This document shows, piece by piece, positions 8,756 to 17,294 of a DNA stretch of 64,000 nt. Each line of letters begins with the position of its first letter. The first letter of the stretch is position 1. Under the pieces are notes generated by a model. The model saw nothing but the letters and a program-made list of their open reading frames with translations, ran no database searches and was not told the origin of the DNA. This DNA comes from Escherichia phage vB_EcoM_PTE-Eco05. The translations under genes were made by a program, and so were the position numbers. Location: sequence record PQ306573.1. One strand, given 5' to 3'.

Positions 8756-11700
8756 TTATTCAACCCATATAAATTTAACTGTTTTGTTAACCGGGTCTGG
8801 AACAATTCTCACATTTCCTAATTGTAAGAAGTCTCGAACAGTAAGGTTTCCAATAACAGCATTATCAGATGGGATAGCACCGACATCGCTAGGTGAAGGT
8901 GGGTTGCCACTATCAAATACCATTGCAAATGAAGTCCAAGCATCTTTATTTTTCTGCCAGGTACGAGTATAACGAATACTACCACCATTTGCACCTGTAG
9001 GATAACAAATCCAATCCTGATAAAGCGAATCTAAGCTATTGCCGAATTGAGTCAAAGTACCAGGATATTTAATTTCTTGGTCACGGTTACCTTTGTTATC
9101 ACGCGTCCAGTATCCAGGGAATTGGCTATATACAGCAGAATCGTTAATGTCAATAGACCAAAAACCTACAGTAGAAGCTGTTGGTTTATCGGTATAAACA
9201 GTGGCAGTTTGAACGCCGTTAGAAATAATTCTGTTATTTACAGTTAACCCACCGGTAGTTATTGTTGCACCACTTGTGATTTGAACACCATTGTCAAGAC
9301 GAACTAAGCCTGTGGCGTTGTTAATCGTGATCGGGCGTAAGTTATTAAACGTCCCGGTCTGGTCACCTGAGTTAGTTAATGCAATATAAGAACTGTTACC
9401 AGCGTTATAAAGCATAACACCATAGTTACCGTTAATAGCTCTGAATGCAATAGGAGAACTAGAAACAATTTCGCCTGTAGCACTAATAGGCCCGGTAAAA
9501 GTAGAAACACCTGTAACATTTAATCCATTTGTAGAAACAATACCTGTTGAATAAAGTGTTCCATTAATATTAAATGATACTTTATTATCAGCAGCGCGCT
9601 GAGAATAGAAATGGTATCCGGTTTCGTCACCCGCTTCAAATACTGTATCACGGGCACCATCTGTAGCGCTATTGCCCCATGCTCTAACAACGAAATTCTC
9701 TTTATTACTAAGAGATTGGGTTCCTTTAGTGAAAACTATTTCGGAACCGCTAGAGTCATTAAGAGTTAATCTACGAGTAACAGATGCTTCGGAACCAAAA
9801 GAAGCAGTGCTTGTAGATACTAAAGGAGCACTCAGGTTGGTCTGTTTAGTAAGACTTAAAGAACCATTAACCGTCTGGTCGATGTCTCTACGGATGAACT
9901 GAAGAGAATCTAGACCATCTAACAAATTACTATCAGCTGCTTTAGCTTTCAACGGTAAGTAGTTAGCAAGTACACGGTTTAATTCATATGGAGAAATAGC
10001 ATAACTATTTTTCTCATAAAGATTCAAATCCTGGGTATTACCTTGAGTATCGTCACCGACAAATGTAATAGAACCAGATGAAGTTTTAACGAATCCACGA
10101 ATTGCCGTAGTAGCAGTCCATGATGGTTCTGATTGAACAATCCATTTTAAATTCTTAGGTGATACAGCAGTATTAGCAGAAGTTCCCGTTACAGTTTCAT
10201 CTTGAGTAGCAACCTTAATCACGCCTTCAGACGTTTCAGTGGACTTAGTCCCTAAAAGCTTTTTAGGAGTAATAAGAACATCATCTAAAGTTCCTGCATT
10301 AGATTCTGCCTGGGTCGCTACGCGAAGTGTACCGCGTTGTGTTTCATTTGCTTTAGAAATATCAAGAGTATAATGGTTCCACAAGGTTCCTTCTTCAATA
10401 AGTCCGGAATCAGAATTAACACTGGTACGGTCAGAAGAATCAAAATGAGTTTTAATTTTCAGTGGAGACGAGATACGAGTATCGTCAGTTCCAGTATCAA
10501 ATTCAACTTGCGTAGCAATTTCGGCTATGCCAGATAATCCTTCCGTAGCTTTCCTATCATTTAACGTCTTAGGCGTTACTGCTCTAGTATAATCAGTTCC
10601 AGTGTTAGTTTCTGCTTGCGTAGCAATTTCAATTAAACCAATACGACCATCAGTAGAAGTTTTCTTATGCAGAGTTTCAGGGGTCACTACAGCATTAGCC
10701 CAACCGGCTTGTGATTCGCCAGCGATAACTTCACTTTCAATAGCAAGAATTACTGCACCCTGCTGAGTAGGGGTAGCTTTATACTGGTCAAGAGCCTTTG
10801 GAGAAATAGTTAAATTATCTACGGCTTTGTTATAAACGTTAGTCCCAGCATTACCGCGAATAGTAGCAGCTGTAGTACCAGTCGTAGATGTGTATTTTAC
10901 AATACCAGATAAAACTTCAGAACCTTGACGGGCATCCAATTTCTTAGGAGTAATAATAGTGGTATCATCTGTGCCAGCATTAGTTTCAGCCTGAGTTGCA
11001 ACTTCAGCAACACCTCTACGGGTTTCAGTTGCTGTACGTTCATTCAATTTCTTAGGAGAAATAATCAAATCATCCTGGAATGCAAAATCGGTATTCTGGT
11101 TAACTTGTGCAGTTGTTGCAATACGAGCAATACCACGACGAGTTTCAGTTGCTGTACGATTTGCTAATGTTTCTGGAGTAATAGCCAGTTCTTTACCAGG
11201 AGCATTTTCTAAATCAACATTTGCTTGCGCTTGAGAAGCAAGAGCAATAACACCTAAACGAGCTCGAGTTGTATTGCTCGATGCATCGACTCGTTCGACG
11301 GTTACAGTGTTTTGTTGAACTACCCAATATTTTGTTTCAGATGAATAATCTTCTATATAAGCTAACTCAAGTACAGGTACATACGAAGTATCACCATTAA
11401 ATTCCAGCTCACTAACAGAAACCCATTGTGCATCAGGTGGATACTCCGAACGTTTTGGGAACTGTAATAAAGAAATACTGCTAGCAATTGTATCGCCTTC
11501 AGCAGCTTTAATTTTTACAGTTTGCCCTTTACGCATGTAATTCAACGATATTTTAACAGTATCGCCAGACAAAATATCTGTAGGCAAAGTAAGATTTACC
11601 GTCGAGATTGTATTATTATCAGTTCCAAAAACAAGAACTTCTTCATTAGGGTGTAAATCAGTATCATTACGAACTATACGTAAACGAGATTTCTGGTCAC

Positions 11701-12589
11701 CTTCCCAAACTCTCCACAAACTAGATGCTGCATCAAAAATAAAAAGAGCATCAGCAAAATTACGTCCTTCTGCTACATGAACACCGGCTTCTCGTATAGA
11801 AGTTGTATCATCGTAAGTTTTGACAATTGTGTGATATAATGGGTTTAATTTGTCTAAATCCACTAAATTAATAATATCGCCATTATTAGCATTACGAGGC
11901 AATGTAATATTAATAGGAGCGGCTGATGTAAAACGTCGAATGATAAAATCATTAGGTTGCGCTTGATATGGCGTAGCAGGAGTTACTGTGACTGCATTAC
12001 GTTCGTAATCAGAAACATACATTTGCCATAGGCGGTTGCTAAAAATGAAGACCATTTTAGATTTTGGGTGCGTCATTAAAACTGAACGAACCTGTTGTCC
12101 TCTAAAGTTTACAATACTTTGAGCCGCTGCAGTAATTTGAACTTTTACATAGCCTACTCTACCGCCAATATCAGACAAAATAACTGTATCGCCATCTAAA
12201 GGATTTTGAGGCAAAGTGAAATTAATATCAGTGCCAGCTGAAGTATCAACCGCAATAGAGTTACCTACTGATAATTGGAAATCTCCGCCTTGAACTGTAA
12301 TCCATTCTGCATCAGCACGAGTTGCCTTCCATTTAGCCAAAGAGAAAGGGCCTGCCGGAGCTGGAATATCGCTTAAAGCTTGATAAAAACGATTATTATA
12401 AAGAACAATAAAATCTTTTGTATACGCGCGCGTCTCGTCATAATTCTGTACGGTGTTTTCTTGCACCAAAAAGTCAACGTTCACGCCATCGGTGCCAACT
12501 GTGCGGTCGGCAAGCGCAACGTTAACTATCTTATCACCGCCTGCGTCAAGACCATCTTCGGCCCTGAACTTACGTTTGATGTCAACCAT
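8756..12589 (-). CDS. 34: long tail fibre proximal subunit gp34
   Basis: 1277 aa; long stretches identical to T4 gp34 as recalled (FRAEDGLDAGGDKI...TVKFIWVE), internal ATETRRG repeats. Confidence 0.97.
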   Translation of the reverse strand: MVDIKRKFRAEDGLDAGGDKIVNVALADRTVGTDGVNVDFLVQENTVQNYDETRAYTKDFIVLYNNRFYQALSDIPAPAGPFSLAKWKATRADAEWITVQGGDFQLSVGNSIAVDTSAGTDINFTLPQNPLDGDTVILSDIGGRVGYVKVQITAAAQSIVNFRGQQVRSVLMTHPKSKMVFIFSNRLWQMYVSDYERNAVTVTPATPYQAQPNDFIIRRFTSAAPINITLPRNANNGDIINLVDLDKLNPLYHTIVKTYDDTTSIREAGVHVAEGRNFADALFIFDAASSLWRVWEGDQKSRLRIVRNDTDLHPNEEVLVFGTDNNTISTVNLTLPTDILSGDTVKISLNYMRKGQTVKIKAAEGDTIASSISLLQFPKRSEYPPDAQWVSVSELEFNGDTSYVPVLELAYIEDYSSETKYWVVQQNTVTVERVDASSNTTRARLGVIALASQAQANVDLENAPGKELAITPETLANRTATETRRGIARIATTAQVNQNTDFAFQDDLIISPKKLNERTATETRRGVAEVATQAETNAGTDDTTIITPKKLDARQGSEVLSGIVKYTSTTGTTAATIRGNAGTNVYNKAVDNLTISPKALDQYKATPTQQGAVILAIESEVIAGESQAGWANAVVTPETLHKKTSTDGRIGLIEIATQAETNTGTDYTRAVTPKTLNDRKATEGLSGIAEIATQVEFDTGTDDTRISSPLKIKTHFDSSDRTSVNSDSGLIEEGTLWNHYTLDISKANETQRGTLRVATQAESNAGTLDDVLITPKKLLGTKSTETSEGVIKVATQDETVTGTSANTAVSPKNLKWIVQSEPSWTATTAIRGFVKTSSGSITFVGDDTQGNTQDLNLYEKNSYAISPYELNRVLANYLPLKAKAADSNLLDGLDSLQFIRRDIDQTVNGSLSLTKQTNLSAPLVSTSTASFGSEASVTRRLTLNDSSGSEIVFTKGTQSLSNKENFVVRAWGNSATDGARDTVFEAGDETGYHFYSQRAADNKVSFNINGTLYSTGIVSTNGLNVTGVSTFTGPISATGEIVSSSPIAFRAINGNYGVMLYNAGNSSYIALTNSGDQTGTFNNLRPITINNATGLVRLDNGVQITSGATITTGGLTVNNRIISNGVQTATVYTDKPTASTVGFWSIDINDSAVYSQFPGYWTRDNKGNRDQEIKYPGTLTQFGNSLDSLYQDWICYPTGANGGSIRYTRTWQKNKDAWTSFAMVFDSGNPPSPSDVGAIPSDNAVIGNLTVRDFLQLGNVRIVPDPVNKTVKFIWVE

Positions 12590-12623
12590 GGTAGTCCTCT
12601 TATCATTATGTGTTCTATTTTAC

Positions 12624-12631
12624 TATTTATA
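12624..12631 (-). promoter_or_regulatory. late promoter TATAAATA for gene 34
   Basis: Plus-strand TATTTATA at 12624-12631, about 35 nt upstream of the gene 34 ATG. Confidence 0.7.
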
Positions 12632-12646
12632 AATGAGTAAAAGACT

Positions 12647-12676
12647 ATTTACGCTTTCGAACTAGTATGTTACTAT
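12647..12676 (+). promoter_or_regulatory. early-type promoter upstream of rnh (ATTTAC -35, TACTAT -10)
   Basis: ATTTAC 12647-12652, 18-nt spacer, TGTTACTAT ending 12676; divergent from the gene 34 late promoter. Confidence 0.45.
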
Positions 12677-12709
12677 GGTCTAAGTTGACTAACTGAACAA
12701 GAGGTTCAT

Positions 12710-13627
12710 ATGGATTTAGAAATGATGTTGGATGAAGATTACAAAGAAGGTATTGCGCTTGCAGACTTTAGTAACATTGCATTGGCAGCTGCATTAAACA
12801 ACTTTGAAGACGGCGATAAAATTACTGTTCCGATGGTTCGCCATGTAATCTTGAATTCAATTCGTAAAAACGTAGTGATGTTCCGTAAGCAAGGCTATAC
12901 AAAATTTGTATTGTGTATGGATAATGCTACTTCAGGTTATTGGCGTCGTGACTTTGCTTACTATTACAAGAAAAATCGTAAAACCGATCGTGAAGCTTCA
13001 AAGTGGGATTGGGAAGGATATTTTACTGCACTCCATCAAGTTGTTGATGAGATTAAGAAATACATGCCATACGTTGTAATGGATATTGACAAGTATGAAG
13101 CGGATGACCATATCGGTGTATTAACTAAATATTTGTCATTAGCCGGTCATAAGGTATGTATTGTTGCATCAGACGGTGACTTTACACAATTACACAAATA
13201 TCCTAACGTTAAACAGTGGTCGCCACCACAGAAAAAATGGGTTAAAATTAAGAATGGTTCTGCTGAAATTGATTGCATGACTAAAATTCTTAAAGGTGAC
13301 CGTAAAGACGGCGTTGCATCTGTTCGAGTTCGTGGCGACTTCTGGTTTACCAGAGTTGATGGTGAACGAACTCCGAGCATGAAAACAACGATTATTGAAG
13401 CAATTGCCAATGACCGTTCTCAATCTGAAGTATTATTAAGTGCAGAAGAATATAAACGGTATCAAGAAAATTTGGTTCTCATTGATTTTGATTATATCCC
13501 TGATAATATTGCTTCAACCATTATAGAGTATTATAACTCATATAAACCACAACCTAAAGGCAAGATTTATTCATACTTTGTAAAATCCGGTCTTTCTAAA
13601 TTAACAAGTGTAATTAATGAATTCTGA
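12710..13627 (+). CDS. rnh: RNase H (5'-3' exonuclease / flap endonuclease)
   Basis: 305 aa, MDLEMMLDEDYKEGI...IYSYFVKSGLSKLTSVINEF, near-identical to T4 RNase H as recalled. Confidence 0.97.
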   Translation: MDLEMMLDEDYKEGIALADFSNIALAAALNNFEDGDKITVPMVRHVILNSIRKNVVMFRKQGYTKFVLCMDNATSGYWRRDFAYYYKKNRKTDREASKWDWEGYFTALHQVVDEIKKYMPYVVMDIDKYEADDHIGVLTKYLSLAGHKVCIVASDGDFTQLHKYPNVKQWSPPQKKWVKIKNGSAEIDCMTKILKGDRKDGVASVRVRGDFWFTRVDGERTPSMKTTIIEAIANDRSQSEVLLSAEEYKRYQENLVLIDFDYIPDNIASTIIEYYNSYKPQPKGKIYSYFVKSGLSKLTSVINEF

Positions 13628-13634
13628 GGTAAAC

Positions 13635-13904
13635 ATGGCTAAGAAAGAAGCAGTTGAATTTAATCAAGATGTGCATGGTGAAGAACTGGCTAAACTAGTC
13701 AAGGAAGCTTCCGATAACAAACTTAAAATTTCTGGTTATAATGAACTGATTAAAGACATTCGTACTCGTGCTAAAGAAGAGCTTGGTGTCGATGGAAAAA
13801 TGTTTAATCGTTTGTTAGCTCTTTATCATAAAGACGCTCGTGACCAATTTGAAGCTGAAAACGAAGAGGTAGTCGAGCTTTATGACACAGTTTTCACTAA
13901 GTGA
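13635..13904 (+). CDS. dsbA: dsDNA-binding protein DsbA (late transcription enhancer)
   Basis: Start moved to MAKKEAVEF...; 89 aa matching T4 DsbA. Confidence 0.9.
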   Translation: MAKKEAVEFNQDVHGEELAKLVKEASDNKLKISGYNELIKDIRTRAKEELGVDGKMFNRLLALYHKDARDQFEAENEEVVELYDTVFTK

Positions 13905-14220
13905 TATTAAACCGGTTGATGAGGCCGGTTTATCTGAACAAGAATTAGCAGTAAAACACGATAAAGATGATATCGCTAAATTGCTTGATCGGCAAGAAAA
14001 CGGATTTATTATCGAATCCATGGTTGAACAATTTGGTATGTCTTATTTAGAAGCAACAACTGCTTTCTTGGAAGAAAATTCTATTCCAGAAACACAATTT
14101 GCTAAATTTATTCCTACAGGAATTGTTGAAAAAATTACAAGCGAAGCAATTGACGAAAACATGCTTCGCCCATCAGTTGCTCGTGGTGAAAAAACTAATA
14201 CGTTAGATTTCTTATTATGA
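13882..14220 (+). CDS. 33: late transcription co-activator gp33
   Basis: 112 aa, MTQFSLSDIKPVDEAGLSEQEL...KTNTLDFLL matches T4 gp33. Confidence 0.95.
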   Translation: MTQFSLSDIKPVDEAGLSEQELAVKHDKDDIAKLLDRQENGFIIESMVEQFGMSYLEATTAFLEENSIPETQFAKFIPTGIVEKITSEAIDENMLRPSVARGEKTNTLDFLL

Positions 14221-14870
14221 TTAAAATACGCATGCCTCCTGATGGAGAACGTTATATTAACGGAAAATCGGTATACAAACTATACTTGATGTGCAAACAA
14301 CATTTTAATGGTCGGTATGACGTAATCAAATATAACTGGTGCATGCGTGTTTCGGATAATGCGTACCAAAAACGCCGAGATAAATATTTCTTTGAAAAAC
14401 TAGCAGAGAAATATAAATTGAAGGAACTCACCTTGATATTCATAAGCAACTTAGTTGCTAACCAAGACGCATGGATTGGTGAGATATCAGACGCTGATGC
14501 ATTAGTTTTCTATAGGGAATATATTGGACGTCTCAAACAAGCCAAGGAGACGTTTGCTGAAGATGTACGTAACATCTACTATTTCAGTAAGAAAGTTGAA
14601 GTTAGTGCGCTTCAAGAGATATTTGATTATAATAACAACGTTCAGTCGAGCTACATATTCAAATTGCTACAAAGCAATATAATTTCATTTGAGACTTTCT
14701 TATTGTTGGACTCATTTTTGAATATTATAGATAAGCACGACGAACTCACCGATAACTTAGTCTGGCAAAATTATTCTACCAAATTAAAGGCATATCGAAA
14801 AATACTTCAAATCGATGGAAATGCTGCTAAGAAATTGTTCATAGAAACAATCAAATCATGTAAGTATTAA
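14217..14870 (+). CDS. 59: helicase loader gp59
   Basis: 217 aa, MIKIRMPPDGERYINGKSVYKLYLM... matches T4 gp59. Confidence 0.95.
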   Translation: MIKIRMPPDGERYINGKSVYKLYLMCKQHFNGRYDVIKYNWCMRVSDNAYQKRRDKYFFEKLAEKYKLKELTLIFISNLVANQDAWIGEISDADALVFYREYIGRLKQAKETFAEDVRNIYYFSKKVEVSALQEIFDYNNNVQSSYIFKLLQSNIISFETFLLLDSFLNIIDKHDELTDNLVWQNYSTKLKAYRKILQIDGNAAKKLFIETIKSCKY

Positions 14871-14899
14871 GCTTTATTTCTTGTGTGTTAAAATTACTT

Positions 14900-14907
14900 T
14901 ATAAATA
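14900..14907 (+). promoter_or_regulatory. late-promoter consensus TATAAATA upstream of gene 32
   Basis: Exact TATAAATA on the plus strand in the 59-32 intergenic region. Confidence 0.5.
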
Positions 14908-14914
14908 AATCATA

Positions 14915-14987
14915 CCAGCTACGAGGTATAAGTGTCGTAGCAACCAACTGTAAAATTTAATTAATAATCTAAATAAAGGCAAATAAA
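14915..14987 (+). promoter_or_regulatory. gene 32 mRNA leader (autogenous translational operator region)
   Basis: Long AT-rich unstructured leader (TAAAATTTAATTAATAATCTAAATAAAGGCAAATAAA ATG) before gene 32; T4 gp32 is known to repress its own translation through such a leader; exact pseudoknot not mapped here. Confidence 0.5.
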
Positions 14988-15887
14988 ATGTTTAAACGTA
15001 AAAGTACCGCAGACCTCGCAGCTCAGATGGCTAAACTGAATGGTAACAAAGGTTTCTCTTCAGAAGATAAAGGTGAATGGAAGCTGAAACTCGACGCATC
15101 CGGTAATGGCCAAGCGGTAATTCGTTTCCTGCCGGCAAAAACAGATGACGCACTTCCGTTTGCAATTCTTGTTAACCACGGGTTCAAGAAAAATGGCAAA
15201 TGGTATATTGAAACCTGTTCATCTACACACGGCGATTATGACTCTTGTCCTGTATGTCAGTACATTAGTAAAAATGACCTGTACAATACCAACAAAACTG
15301 AATATTCTCAACTGAAACGTAAAACTTCTTATTGGGCTAATATCCTGGTTGTTAAAGACCCTCAAGCTCCAGATAATGAAGGTAAAGTATTCAAATATCG
15401 TTTCGGTAAAAAGATTTGGGACAAAATCAATGCAATGATTGCAGTCGATACTGAAATGGGTGAAACTCCTGTTGATGTAACTTGCCCGTGGGAAGGTGCT
15501 AACTTTGTGCTGAAAGTTAAACAGGTTTCTGGTTTCAGTAACTACGACGAATCTAAATTCCTGAATCAATCTGCGATTCCAAACATTGATGATGAATCTT
15601 TCCAGAAAGAATTGTTCGAACAAATGGTTGACCTTTCTGAAATGACTTCTAAAGATAAGTTCAAATCGTTTGAAGAATTGAATACTAAATTTAATCAAGT
15701 TCTTGGTACTGCCGCTCTGGGCGGTGCAGCAGCTGCCGCAGCTTCTGTTGCAGATAAAGTTGCTTCTGACCTTGACGATTTTGATAAAGACATGGAAGCC
15801 TTTAGTTCTGCAAAAACTGAAGATGACTTCATGAGTTCCTCGTCTTCTGACGATGGCGACCTCGATGACCTGTTAGCTGGTCTATAA
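14988..15887 (+). CDS. 32: ssDNA-binding protein gp32
   Basis: 299 aa, [36 protein letters not shown]... near-identical to T4 gp32; acidic C-terminus. Confidence 0.97.
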   Translation: MFKRKSTADLAAQMAKLNGNKGFSSEDKGEWKLKLDASGNGQAVIRFLPAKTDDALPFAILVNHGFKKNGKWYIETCSSTHGDYDSCPVCQYISKNDLYNTNKTEYSQLKRKTSYWANILVVKDPQAPDNEGKVFKYRFGKKIWDKINAMIAVDTEMGETPVDVTCPWEGANFVLKVKQVSGFSNYDESKFLNQSAIPNIDDESFQKELFEQMVDLSEMTSKDKFKSFEELNTKFNQVLGTAALGGAAAAAASVADKVASDLDDFDKDMEAFSSAKTEDDFMSSSSSDDGDLDDLLAGL

Positions 15888-15893
15888 TAAATT

Positions 15894-15911
15894 GGGAGAC
15901 TTCGGTCTCCC
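15894..15911 (+). terminator. rho-independent terminator after gene 32 (GGGAGAC-UUCG-GUCUCCC plus U-run)
   Basis: 7-bp GC-rich stem, UUCG tetraloop, then TTTT. Confidence 0.7.
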
Positions 15912-15942
15912 TTTTGAGTATCTGTAAATTGCCGAAAAAGTT

Positions 15943-15971
15943 GTTTACTTCTTCCCTGGATGTGTTAGTAT
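15943..15971 (+). promoter_or_regulatory. early-type promoter (GTTTAC ... TGTGTTAGTAT) upstream of frd.3-like ORF
   Basis: GTTTAC 15943-15948 and extended -10 ending 15971. Confidence 0.55.
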
Positions 15972-16000
15972 AGACCTATCAACAACATGAGGAAATCAAA

Positions 16001-16393
16001 ATGGAAATCGGAAAATCTTATATCATTAACCCTTTATTTAAAGATGACTTTGTTCAAGAAGCACCACACAATAACGCTAAGATGTTAAAATTGATTGAAC
16101 TCCACGGGCCTAGTTTTGTTGTAAACGGAATGAAACCTGATTATGATAGCGATACGTCAAACGTAGTAAGTGTAACTATGGAAGATGGTACTGTATGTTC
16201 TGCCGGTGGTGAAATTGAAACTTATTTTGAGATTTATTATGATGAGTTCAAATACTTTACTGAGGTAGATTTAGTAAAGCCTCAACCTACTAACGAAGGT
16301 ATAACTTTAGGTATAACAAAAATCCATTGTATCGTAGATGAAACTAACGTCGACGAAATCATCAAACTTTTGCAAAAAACTTTTAAAAAGTAG
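16001..16393 (+). CDS. hypothetical protein (frd.3 position)
   Basis: 130 aa ORF with RBS GAGGAAAT; between 32 and frd as in T4. Confidence 0.6.
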   Translation: MEIGKSYIINPLFKDDFVQEAPHNNAKMLKLIELHGPSFVVNGMKPDYDSDTSNVVSVTMEDGTVCSAGGEIETYFEIYYDEFKYFTEVDLVKPQPTNEGITLGITKIHCIVDETNVDEIIKLLQKTFKK

Positions 16394-16422
16394 TTTATAA
16401 CAAGATAGGGCTATGTTATAGT
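16393..16422 (+). promoter_or_regulatory. possible early-type promoter (GTTTAT ... TATAGT)
   Basis: -35-like GTTTAT and -10-like TATAGT with 18-nt spacer; weaker match than the other sites. Confidence 0.35.
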
Positions 16423-16455
16423 AGTCCTATCAAATCAAAAGTGAAGGAGAATAAA

Positions 16456-16704
16456 ATGAGATTGCAACGCCAGAGCATCAAAGATTCTGAAGTTAGAGGT
16501 AAATGGTACTTCAACATCGTTGGTAAAGATTCTGAACTTGTTGAAAAAGCTGAACATCTTTTACGCGATATGGGATGGGAAGATGAATGCGATGGATGTC
16601 CTCTTTATGAAGACGGAGAAAGCGCAGGATTCTGGATTTACCATTCTGACGTCGAGCAGTTTAAAGCTGATTGGAAAGTTGTTAAGAAAAATCTGAGGAA
16701 ATAA
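16456..16704 (+). CDS. hypothetical protein (frd.2 position)
   Basis: ORF-track GTG start trimmed to ATG at 16456 behind AAGGAG; 82 aa. Confidence 0.55.
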   Translation: MRLQRQSIKDSEVRGKWYFNIVGKDSELVEKAEHLLRDMGWEDECDGCPLYEDGESAGFWIYHSDVEQFKADWKVVKKNLRK

Positions 16705-16706
16705 AA

Positions 16707-17294
16707 ATGCTTAAATTAGTATTCGCATGTGCTCCGACTAAAACAGTTGATGATAAACTGGAATATGCTTTTGGATTAGGTGATGGACTTCCATGGAAGC
16801 ATATCAAACAAGATATGAGTAACTTTGTTGCTCGCACTAAAAACACTGTAATGGTTATGGGTGCTAAGACATTTGCATCATTACCTCGTCTACTCCCAGA
16901 TCGTACTCATGTGGTTGTCACTGATATGGCCAGAGAACTGCCTAGGACCAAAACCAACGAACTTGCGCGTTTCTATATCACCCAATCTGAATTTATTACC
17001 TTGGTAATGGGTGGTGAAATTAACCTGTTTAGCACTGCAACTGACGTACCATTTAAACTTTCTACTGAACATGTTGATGTATCTGTTATTGGTGGCCCTG
17101 CTTTATTGAAACAAGCATTGCCTTATGCTGATGAAATCGTGATGACTAAAATCATTAAGAAATGTCGTGTTAATTCCGATGTTCAACTTGATAAAGATTT
17201 CGTCCAAGATATTATGCTTCAACGTTCTATGGTAGAATCTCATTACTACAGAATCGATGAACTCACCGAAATTACTGAGAGCGTTTATAAATGA
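16707..17294 (+). CDS. frd: dihydrofolate reductase
   Basis: 195 aa; GLGDGLPW, VMGAKTF, VIGGPALL motifs; strong similarity to T4 Frd. Confidence 0.92.
   Translation: MLKLVFACAPTKTVDDKLEYAFGLGDGLPWKHIKQDMSNFVARTKNTVMVMGAKTFASLPRLLPDRTHVVVTDMARELPRTKTNELARFYITQSEFITLVMGGEINLFSTATDVPFKLSTEHVDVSVIGGPALLKQALPYADEIVMTKIIKKCRVNSDVQLDKDFVQDIMLQRSMVESHYYRIDELTEITESVYK

Noticed and set aside
8756-12589. Repeated ATETRRG-type motifs in gene 34 and Ig-like repeats in hoc (51463-52593) as candidate tandem repeat or CRISPR-like arrays
   Set aside because: Repeats are in-frame protein-domain repeats within conserved structural genes with diverged nucleotide sequences; there are no direct repeats with unique spacers.
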